64,000 bases of DNA, from assembly GCA_902596545.1 (NCBI GenBank), contig CACJUH010000003.1, forward strand, positions 45,790-109,789, read 5' to 3'. Each line of letters begins with the position of its first letter. The first letter of the stretch is position 1. Under the pieces are notes generated by a model that was not told the origin of the DNA, ran no database searches, and saw only the letters and a program-made list of their open reading frames with translations. Made by a program: the position numbers and the translations under genes. This DNA comes from an uncultured Candidatus Actinomarina sp. Lineage in GTDB: Bacteria > Actinomycetota > Acidimicrobiia > Actinomarinales > Actinomarinaceae. Of the stretch, positions 57,334 to 64,000 are shown piece after piece.

Positions 57334-57960
57334 TTATTGATTGGCTAAAGCTATAAGTAGCTGTCCTACTTGATCTTGCGGTAAGTTACCTGTTCTTCTA
57401 GCAACTACCTTTAAATCTTTGTCTAGAAATACCCAGTACGGGAAAGAATTCACTCCATAAGCTGTGCCTATATCCCTATCAATATCATAGATTTGTGTTT
57501 CTGACCAGCCTTCTCTTTCAAGCCAGTCATGTGGTGGATAGTTGTCTCTTGATCTATCAATTGATGTAGCTACAGCAATAATTTCTACACCTTGTGGGAT
57601 ACCAATGATATCTATATATTCTTGTACAATCGGAACTTCTTTTTGACAGAATCCACACCAGTGAGCTAAAAACAGAAGAACTTTTGCGTTACCATTTTTC
57701 TCTAACGAGACAATCTCAGAATTTTCATTTGGCCCTGAAAATATTGGAGCATCAAGACCTCTTGCAACATTGTCATCATTTTCGCCAGCATATTCTGGTA
57801 AACCTTGTCCGGTAATTGTTGTCTCACCTTCGGGCAAATTACCATCTAATGGCTCATCAACTAAAGAAACACCAATAGCAACAGCTAAACCTACTACTAA
57901 AACTACTGCTCCTGCGATGATAAAGTTTCTATTCAACTGTTTCCTTTCTCGAAATATCAT
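57334..57960 (-). CDS. Membrane-anchored thioredoxin-fold thiol:disulfide oxidoreductase (TlpA/ResA/BdbD-like)
   Basis: N-terminal TM helix and WCGFCQKE (CxxC) in a thioredoxin-fold context. Confidence 0.7.
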   Translation of the reverse strand: MIFRERKQLNRNFIIAGAVVLVVGLAVAIGVSLVDEPLDGNLPEGETTITGQGLPEYAGENDDNVARGLDAPIFSGPNENSEIVSLEKNGNAKVLLFLAHWCGFCQKEVPIVQEYIDIIGIPQGVEIIAVATSIDRSRDNYPPHDWLEREGWSETQIYDIDRDIGTAYGVNSFPYWVFLDKDLKVVARRTGNLPQDQVGQLLIALANQ

Positions 57961-58447
57961 AATACAACAACGACAAGAATATTGTTAGAAATCCTGTAGT
58001 TGCCATAACGGGAATGCTTATAAATCCAAATATATCTACATATTTTAAATTACATGGAACATCAATCGCACAAGAGCCTCCTCCTCCTCCACCATTTTGT
58101 AAATATATATGATAGAAACCAATAACAGCTCCAACAACGCTTAAGTATCCTGCTTTAATTACTGATTTATTAAATAAACCTATTATTAAAAATAGAGCTA
58201 TTGGATACATAAGATATCGTTGATACCAGCAAAACTTACATGGAATAAAACCGACAACTTCAGAATACACAAGACTTCCAATTGAACAAAAGAGTGCAAC
58301 ACTGGCTGCAAAATTATAAAACTGATCGTTGATTAATTTACTAAATCTTTTTTTAGTAAATATGAAATACAGAATTAAAGCACTTATGGCCCATGCAACA
58401 AAGGTGAAGAAGCCAAATAAAGTATTAAAAAAAATAATTAAGTCCAT
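57929..58447 (-). CDS. Disulfide bond formation protein B (DsbB/BdbC family)
   Basis: FIPCKFCWYQRYLMYPIAL closely matches Bacillus BdbC FIPCELCWYQRILMYP. A second Cys pair is present (GSCAIDVPC), and there are 4 TM helices. Confidence 0.75.
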   Translation of the reverse strand: MDLIIFFNTLFGFFTFVAWAISALILYFIFTKKRFSKLINDQFYNFAASVALFCSIGSLVYSEVVGFIPCKFCWYQRYLMYPIALFLIIGLFNKSVIKAGYLSVVGAVIGFYHIYLQNGGGGGGSCAIDVPCNLKYVDIFGFISIPVMATTGFLTIFLSLLYYDISRKETVE

Positions 58448-58462
58448 ATAAAATTTTACCCT

Positions 58463-58496
58463 AAAAAAAATGATAGGCGGACATTGCCGCCTATCA
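58463..58496 (-). terminator. Intrinsic terminator downstream of the rhodopsin gene
   Basis: TGATAGGCGG-acattg-CCGCCTATCA forms a perfect 10-bp GC-rich stem. On the minus strand it is followed by U8 (A8 at 58463..58470 on the plus strand). It lies 24 nt after the rhodopsin stop. Confidence 0.6.
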
Positions 58497-58519
58497 TAAA
58501 ATATCTATAGTAAAAAGTC

Positions 58520-59179
58520 TTAGACTTTTTCTCCAGATTTGATTCTTGCCATTCCAAGTACCAATACACCAAGACCGACTTTATTAATAATGTCAGCAAT
58601 TGTGTAAAGAACTTCTCTAATAGCATCAAAATCTCCTGCTACAGGTGCTAGATATCCTAATGGATAGATTATCCAACCAACAAGTATTAGGTTTTTGATT
58701 TTCTCAAACTGTTCTGCCTCTGCTGCTTTTAGACCAGCACCTTCTGCTTGAAGATTTCTCATCAAGTAGACATATGCTACCATCGCAATTACAAATCCTG
58801 TCCAGTATTGATCTGAACCCGCACTTGATGTTTCGCCGTAATAACCGGCTCCAATCATAACGGTTGCAGCGACTCCCCAGTTTCTAACTTTTTCGTTATA
58901 CTCTGCGCCTGAAGATGTCACAGCAAGTACCTCTACAAACATTAGTGGTACTGTAAGGACCCAGTCGACATATCTTAACCCGGTATCATAACTACCACTG
59001 TCCCATGAGCCAGTCATTTTGTTATAGTGATACCACGCTATTCCTGTCACAAGAGCGGAGATATAAACTCCTTTTCTGTGCTTAGGATCTACTTCTCTTG
59101 ATGATGCTAGTAAAAATACTGTACCAGCGAGCATGCCCACTGTTCCCACCATAAAGAGTCTATAAGTAAGTTCAGCCAT
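58520..59179 (-). CDS. Microbial rhodopsin, proteorhodopsin/actinorhodopsin-like light-driven proton pump
   Basis: Seven TM helices. Helix C reads RYVDWVLTVPLMFVEV, with the D...T...E proton acceptor/donor spacing of proteorhodopsin. The Schiff-base Lys is in ADIINKVGLG. A strong SD (AAAGGAG) lies 8 nt before the ATG. Confidence 0.9.
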   Translation of the reverse strand: MAELTYRLFMVGTVGMLAGTVFLLASSREVDPKHRKGVYISALVTGIAWYHYNKMTGSWDSGSYDTGLRYVDWVLTVPLMFVEVLAVTSSGAEYNEKVRNWGVAATVMIGAGYYGETSSAGSDQYWTGFVIAMVAYVYLMRNLQAEGAGLKAAEAEQFEKIKNLILVGWIIYPLGYLAPVAGDFDAIREVLYTIADIINKVGLGVLVLGMARIKSGEKV

Positions 59180-59209
59180 TTTAGCTTACTCCTTTGTTTT
59201 CAAATACTT

Positions 59210-59225
59210 TGTGAAATAAATCACA
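59210..59225 (-). promoter_or_regulatory. Perfect CRP/GlxR-type operator TGTGA-AATAAA-TCACA in the rhodopsin promoter
   Basis: The plus strand reads ctttGTGAaataaaTCACatg. It is an exact TGTGA-N6-TCACA palindrome and also fits the actinobacterial GlxR form TGTGA-N2-TA-N2-TCACA. It is centred about 38 bp upstream of the rhodopsin ATG. Extra TGTGA/TGTGT half-sites lie at 59252..59256 and 59285..59289. Confidence 0.55.
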
Positions 59226-59293
59226 TGATAATTTTATTTAATTTGTAAATTTGTGATAATTATTTTTAAATTTTTTTTTAAATTTGTGTAACT

Positions 59294-60790
59294 TTATTTT
59301 GCAGAACTACTAACAAACTCTTTAGAATTACCCCATTTTTCTAAATATGGCTTTAAATTAAACTTCCTAGCCGCTGAATCTGATGTCATGTACCTTATTT
59401 TGCCGTATATTTTTCTTTCAGGACCCCACGCTCTGTCGTATCTACCTAAAATCCAAAAAACGCCGGAATAAGAATTAGGATCTCTTCCATCTAATGAATA
59501 CCTATCATTTAGAGTAATCATATAAGAAAGCGCTATTTGAGGATTTGGAGACCACTCCAATATCTTTTTTCCCCAAAGCATTCTCAGATAATTCTGAATT
59601 ACACCTTGTTCTCTTAGTTGATTTTGAGCTGCATTCCATATTTCATCATGAGTCTGCGAGTAAGTGAGCTGCTCAAGACTATAGATATGTTCTCTTTCGT
59701 CGTCTGAATGTTCACGAAGAGTCTTAATTGCCCACTCTGGCAGACTCGAATATTGATTGTAGTTGGCACGTCTTACACAAGTATGATATCCAAGTTCACG
59801 CCAAGTAATCAATTCATCTAAAAAGCTTTCGAAATTGAGTGAACCTCCCCACCAGCCTTCTCTCCTCCCAACTAAAGTAGGATTAATTTTTTCAGGTGAC
59901 CATGACTCATGTTCAACTAATCTCTCAAATACTTCATGAGTAGAAATTTGCCCAAAATGAAAGTAGGGTGACATTTGACTACTTGCTTTCTTTGATGGAT
60001 CGCTTCTATATTGTGCATAATCACTGTACCCCTCAGAAAGAAAATCATTAAATCTTTGCAAAGCATTAGAATACCCACCTTTAATTGAACTGACTTTTAC
60101 AGATTTATCTATATCCAATTGATCAAGAAATGAATCTATGTCTGTATTTTTAAAATCAAAAGGTTTCCAGGTTTTTTCTACTGAAGAAATCATTGAATTA
60201 TCAAAATCTTTAATTAACTCATCTAATGGGTCTTCCAATGGAGTCTCCACTATAAAATCTTCCAAATTTTTATGCAGATATCTTCTAAAATCATGTGCAC
60301 GTACATACTCTTTTTCAGAGAGCCTTATTGGCACAAGTCCATTTGAATCAACCAACTCATATCTTGATGGGATCTCTCCGGATGCCTTGGCTGTCATTTG
60401 TGGAACAAAGTAGGTTGGATAATCATCAGTAATTACAACAGACGCCTGCTTAGAAATCTCCGTTAGAAGCCCATCAGAATGTTTTGGTTCTGTTTCAACA
60501 AAGGGATAGTAATAAGCTTTTGTTTTTGATACAGCTTCAGAGACTTCCTTCATTCCGTCCATCATAAATTTATGGAATCTCAGACTCGACATTGGATAAT
60601 CAAGAATTAATGGCTCTAAAATTACTAAAGGCTGAGATAATTTATTAGCCCATTCGACTGCACGCTGTAGTGCAAAATTATATTTTGTTCTTTTAAATGC
60701 AATACACCAATAAATAACAAACTTTGAAGAACTCACATCTGGGGTGATATCTTTTAATGTTGTTACTCTTGAGTAAGGAACTTGAACCAT
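59294..60790 (-). CDS. phr: Class II CPD deoxyribodipyrimidine photolyase
   Basis: The C-terminal region MSPYFHFGQIS...HIYSLEQLTYSQTHDEIWNAAQNQL...RMLWGKKILEWS...NDRYSLDGRDPNSYSGVFW...DRAWGPERKIYGKIRYM aligns closely to class II photolyases such as Methanosarcina CPDII. Confidence 0.85.
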   Translation of the reverse strand: MVQVPYSRVTTLKDITPDVSSSKFVIYWCIAFKRTKYNFALQRAVEWANKLSQPLVILEPLILDYPMSSLRFHKFMMDGMKEVSEAVSKTKAYYYPFVETEPKHSDGLLTEISKQASVVITDDYPTYFVPQMTAKASGEIPSRYELVDSNGLVPIRLSEKEYVRAHDFRRYLHKNLEDFIVETPLEDPLDELIKDFDNSMISSVEKTWKPFDFKNTDIDSFLDQLDIDKSVKVSSIKGGYSNALQRFNDFLSEGYSDYAQYRSDPSKKASSQMSPYFHFGQISTHEVFERLVEHESWSPEKINPTLVGRREGWWGGSLNFESFLDELITWRELGYHTCVRRANYNQYSSLPEWAIKTLREHSDDEREHIYSLEQLTYSQTHDEIWNAAQNQLREQGVIQNYLRMLWGKKILEWSPNPQIALSYMITLNDRYSLDGRDPNSYSGVFWILGRYDRAWGPERKIYGKIRYMTSDSAARKFNLKPYLEKWGNSKEFVSSSAK

Positions 60791-60889
60791 AAAAATATTA
60801 TAAGTCGATTAGAAAAGAAGTAAAAATAATTAGATTTGAAATAGGTTTTAAATTTATTTTTAATTAGCTACAATATAAAAGATTAAATT

Positions 60890-62065
60890 ATGGGTGCAAT
60901 AAATATTAATAATGTTGGAAAAATTTATCCAAATGGAACTAGGGCTCTAGAAGACGTAAATATAGAAATTAATGACGGTGAATTTGTTGTGCTAGTTGGT
61001 CCGTCTGGCTGTGGTAAAACAACTCTTCTCAGAATGGTTGCTGGACTTGAAGATATTACTGAGGGTGAAATTTCTATTGCTGATAAAGTGGTAAACGAAA
61101 TTGCACCTAAAGATCGTGATATAGCAATGGTTTTTCAGAACTATGCTTTATATCCTCATATGTCTGTTTACGATAACATGGCCTTTTCTCTTAAGCTTCG
61201 GAAGTTACCTAAAGATGAAATTGACCAAAAAGTTAAAGATGCAGCAAAAACTTTAGAAATAGACGAGTTGTTAGAAAGAAAACCAAAGGCTTTATCTGGT
61301 GGTCAGAGACAAAGAGTTGCTATGGGAAGAGCAATTGTAAGAAATCCACAAGCATTTCTAATGGACGAACCGTTATCTAACCTAGATGCGAAATTACGGG
61401 TTCAAATGAGAGCTGAATTAGGACAACTTCATTCACAACTTGAAACTACTACCTTATATGTTACACATGACCAAGTTGAGGCAATGACTATGGGTGATCG
61501 TGTTGCGGTTATAAGAAAAGGTGTTCTCCAACAAATAGATACACCAAGAGAAATTTATTTATATCCAAAAAATATTTTTGTAGCGGGATTCATAGGAAGT
61601 CCAGCTATGAACTTTGTATATGCAGACATCAAAACATCCGCAAAAGGAACGACATTGATTTTTGGTAATGATAAAATCTCGGCTAAAGATGCTCCTGAGG
61701 CCTTAAAAGAGTATGAAGGAAAAGAAATTGTTCTTGGAATAAGACCAGAAGCATTTGAAGATTCCGTGTATGCAAACAAAAAAGAGTTTACTGAAGAGAT
61801 AAATATTGATGTATCTCTTTTAGAACAACTTGGTTCAGATACTTACATTCATTTTTTCAAAGATATAAAACCTGTACAAACTGAAGCTATTGAAGAAATT
61901 TTAGCTGATGAAGGTGAGGATATTTCAGTATTAGGAACACAGACAAAATTTATTGCAAGAATTAATCCAAATGCGACTATAGAAGAAGGACAAAACATAA
62001 ACCTCGCAATTGATCCAACAAAATTGCATTATTTTGATCCTGAAACAGGGATGGCTATAACTTAA
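60890..62065 (+). CDS. Sugar ABC transporter ATP-binding protein (MalK/MsiK/UgpC type)
   Basis: Walker A GPSGCGKTT, LSGGQRQRVAMGRA, Walker B FLMDEPLSNLD and a C-terminal TOBE-like regulatory domain. Confidence 0.85.
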   Translation: MGAININNVGKIYPNGTRALEDVNIEINDGEFVVLVGPSGCGKTTLLRMVAGLEDITEGEISIADKVVNEIAPKDRDIAMVFQNYALYPHMSVYDNMAFSLKLRKLPKDEIDQKVKDAAKTLEIDELLERKPKALSGGQRQRVAMGRAIVRNPQAFLMDEPLSNLDAKLRVQMRAELGQLHSQLETTTLYVTHDQVEAMTMGDRVAVIRKGVLQQIDTPREIYLYPKNIFVAGFIGSPAMNFVYADIKTSAKGTTLIFGNDKISAKDAPEALKEYEGKEIVLGIRPEAFEDSVYANKKEFTEEINIDVSLLEQLGSDTYIHFFKDIKPVQTEAIEEILADEGEDISVLGTQTKFIARINPNATIEEGQNINLAIDPTKLHYFDPETGMAIT

Positions 62066-63315
62066 ATTTCTCTATCAAGTTCGTTTAGAAGTTTAACTAA
62101 GTTTTGAGGACCTTCTTTAATATATTCTTTAAAGAGCTCCCACAACAAATTTGAACCAATAGATCTAGCCATGATTTCTGAAGCATCATATCTGAATAAG
62201 TCTTTTCGCAATGCATCATGAACAATTGAATACTCATACTTGGTTAATTCATTATTTATTATTTGTTTATTAAAATTTTGATTGGCAGATATAAATTCTG
62301 TGTCTTGGTAAGACGACCAAGTTTCACCAAAATTTTTTGAAAGAATTTTAGAAATGACTTTCTTTGATAATTCATTGTCTTTTATCAAAACTATATTGTC
62401 TCCAATGCCTACCACTGAATTTTCAAAATTTATTTTTGGTACGTTAGTTACTGCAAAGTCTTTTAAGTATTGATAATCCTCAGGAATATAATATCTAAGA
62501 TAATGTCCACTCCAAGACATAAAGCACTCTGTTGAATCATCTAACAATACCTCAGGGAGATTTCTAAACTCTTTATTCATTATTGAGCTTGGACCATTAT
62601 GTATATGGTTGTCGTAAAATATAAAATCTTCAATATGTTTAATTGATAAGAAAATTTTTATATTTGAAGCATTAATTTTTAACTTTGACCATTCATCATA
62701 TACTTCTGGACCATATTTTGTTAAAAGCACATCTTCCATCCAGTTAGTTTGAACCCATCCTGTAGAAGCAGAGCTTTCTGAATTCGCACACCATGGGCTT
62801 ATACCTTTATCTGCAATTTTCTTTGTACCATTAAGTAAGGTTTCAAAGCTATCAAATTTAACATCATGTTGTTCAAATTTTGAAATATCATACCAAATTA
62901 ATGAATTTGGGAATAACCTTGTCCACCCACCGTAAATACTATCTTCATGAGAAACAATAGAGATAAGGTGATTTGGATATAGATTGAAAATTGAGTTATT
63001 ATCTACAAGTACATCATCCAGACTGTATATCAACTTTCTTTCAGCAAGATTGACTACTCCTTGAGGGTTTGGAATTATAGCAATCGAACTTGAGCTATTT
63101 GGGTTATCTATAATAAAAGTCTCTGCATCAGAAACTGATTCATATTTAATTTTTATTCCAAGTTCATCTGCAATAATATTCAGTTCTTCAATAAAATATT
63201 CTTTCTCATGAAACTCAGGTCCAATAATAACAACTTCTGGTGGGTCAAATGCAAGAAATGAAAATGTAATAATAATTAAAACAGTTAAAGAAAAAAATAA
63301 TATTTTTTTATTCAA
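62062..63315 (-). CDS. Secreted or anchored solute-binding-like protein (putative sugar ABC transporter substrate-binding protein)
   Basis: N-terminal signal/anchor MNKKILFFSLTVLIIITFSFLA. The ~417 aa size and the sugar-transport/ROK-kinase neighbourhood fit. There are no diagnostic motifs, so the family is tentative. Confidence 0.4.
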   Translation of the reverse strand: MNKKILFFSLTVLIIITFSFLAFDPPEVVIIGPEFHEKEYFIEELNIIADELGIKIKYESVSDAETFIIDNPNSSSSIAIIPNPQGVVNLAERKLIYSLDDVLVDNNSIFNLYPNHLISIVSHEDSIYGGWTRLFPNSLIWYDISKFEQHDVKFDSFETLLNGTKKIADKGISPWCANSESSASTGWVQTNWMEDVLLTKYGPEVYDEWSKLKINASNIKIFLSIKHIEDFIFYDNHIHNGPSSIMNKEFRNLPEVLLDDSTECFMSWSGHYLRYYIPEDYQYLKDFAVTNVPKINFENSVVGIGDNIVLIKDNELSKKVISKILSKNFGETWSSYQDTEFISANQNFNKQIINNELTKYEYSIVHDALRKDLFRYDASEIMARSIGSNLLWELFKEYIKEGPQNLVKLLNELDREI

Positions 63316-63318
63316 GGT

Positions 63319-64000
63319 TTAATCCCACAATAAAGCTGCACCTCTTACACCGCTTGAAGAACCGTGTTTAGATTTTAAAATCGGAGTATTAAAAAAATTA
63401 GAGGCAATATATGGAATAATTCTCTTTGGTACTTCCTCATACAGCTCTTCAATATCTGACATACCTCCGCCACAAACTATTACATCAGGATCTAAAAGAT
63501 TAACTACAGAGCTAAATGCACGTGCTGTACGTTCAAAATATTTATCCATGACTTGTACTGAGTTTTTATCCCCTTCTCTAAAATTATCAACTATCTCTCT
63601 CGAAGGTTTTTTTTGATTAGTAACAAACGAATAATAATTTTCTAAACCTGGACCAGATAGAAAAACCTCAATTGCTCCTATTCTCCCGCAATGTCTCTGG
63701 ACTGACTTTTCATAATCGTCCATTGGTCCTGGGATAGGATTTTGACCCCACTCTCCAGTTAATTTATTTGGACCTACAACAAGTTGTTTTCTGAAAGTAA
63801 AACCCGCACCTACTCCAGTACCCATAATTACTGCAAATACAGAATCATAATTTTGTCCAGCGCCATCTATTGATTCAGATACTGCAAGGCAATCTGCATC
63901 GTTTGCAATTCTTACTTCAAATCCAAGCTTACTTTCTAAATCTTTCTTAACATCTTGACCTTCTAAAGCTTCAGTATTTGAAACTTGAACTAAACCTGTT
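63319..64000 (-). CDS. ROK-family sugar kinase or regulator, N-terminus outside the window
   Basis: Hand translation upstream of the track's Met (63825) continues without a stop to the window edge: ...GFEVRIANDADCLAVSE...FAVIMGTGVGAGF (ROK ANDANxxAxxE and GTGxG motifs), plus a C-terminal GGGMS. Confidence 0.7.
   Translation of the reverse strand, partial: TGLVQVSNTEALEGQDVKKDLESKLGFEVRIANDADCLAVSESIDGAGQNYDSVFAVIMGTGVGAGFTFRKQLVVGPNKLTGEWGQNPIPGPMDDYEKSVQRHCGRIGAIEVFLSGPGLENYYSFVTNQKKPSREIVDNFREGDKNSVQVMDKYFERTARAFSSVVNLLDPDVIVCGGGMSDIEELYEEVPKRIIPYIASNFFNTPILKSKHGSSSGVRGAALLWD

Noticed and set aside
57322-57356. The 10-bp direct repeat AAAGCTATAA x2 at the ubiE / TlpA-like convergent junction.
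   Set aside because: It is short, AT-rich and partly inside the coding 3' end of the thioredoxin-like gene. It has no associated inverted repeat or ORF, so it is probably chance.
58513-58529. The AT-rich palindrome AAAAGTCT-T-AGACTTTT overlapping the rhodopsin stop codon.
   Set aside because: The arms are separated by only 1 nt, so it cannot form a hairpin, and it is AT-rich. The real terminator is the GC-rich hairpin at 58471..58496.
63825-63825. The Met at 63825 as the start of the ROK-family gene.
   Set aside because: Hand translation shows the frame stays open upstream to the window edge, with the conserved ROK ANDADCLAVSE motif. The gene is N-terminally truncated by the window.
1-64000. 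A search for CRISPR arrays, tRNA/rRNA genes, integrases or transposases, toxin-antitoxin pairs and restriction-modification or other defense islands.
   Set aside because: I saw no regularly spaced direct repeats, no tRNA-like GC-rich cloverleaf segments in the very short intergenic regions, and no integrase, transposase or defense-gene motifs. The only DNA-modification gene is the apparently orphan MTase at 50772..51611.

Overview
This 64 kb window is low-GC (about one third G+C by eye) and very gene-dense, and almost all of it is coding. I support about 59 protein genes, many overlapping their neighbours by 4-14 nt, and I found no rRNA, tRNA, CRISPR array or transposon by eye. The content is bacterial. 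A class A PBP with a C-terminal PASTA domain, a LipB close to mycobacterial LipB, a pyrR-pyrB-pyrC-carA-carB-pyrF operon order and CofD/CofE all point to a streamlined marine actinobacterium (Candidatus Actinomarinales-like). That placement is inference, not proof.

Main blocks in order:
- a GtrA-like / GT-C membrane glycosyltransferase / zinc-ribbon operon at the left edge;
- F420 biosynthesis genes cofD-cofE;
- sugar epimerase and nucleotidyltransferase genes, then methylcitrate-cycle prpD-prpC;
- ponA (PBP1A), pepA, a PduO-type cobalamin adenosyltransferase, and a large secreted PGBD/SpoIID-like protein;
- a tkt / lipB-lipA fusion / E2 / fused E1 alpha-beta / lpdA 2-oxoacid dehydrogenase operon;
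- acyl-CoA dehydrogenase and sufC-sufS-sufE;
- a gpt plus BMP-family nucleoside ABC importer placed directly upstream of a complete pyrimidine operon (pyrR-pyrB-pyrC-carA-carB-pyrF-pyrD-pyrE);
- rpiB-fumC and sufB-sufD-Rieske-sufC;
- an M23 peptidase, an orphan beta-class DNA amino-methyltransferase and a heterodimeric ABC exporter;
- a PNPOx/FDOR-like::MenA fusion with ubiE/menG;
- a light/redox cluster (TlpA-like thioredoxin, DsbB/BdbC, a DTE-motif proton-pumping rhodopsin, class II CPD photolyase);
- a sugar ABC ATPase, a solute-binding protein and a partial ROK kinase at the right edge.

The most notable sequence-level signal is a perfect TGTGA-N6-TCACA (GlxR/CRP-type) palindrome in the rhodopsin promoter. 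A one-mismatch copy lies upstream of the PNPOx-MenA fusion gene. Two GC-rich intrinsic terminators stand out against the AT-rich background.
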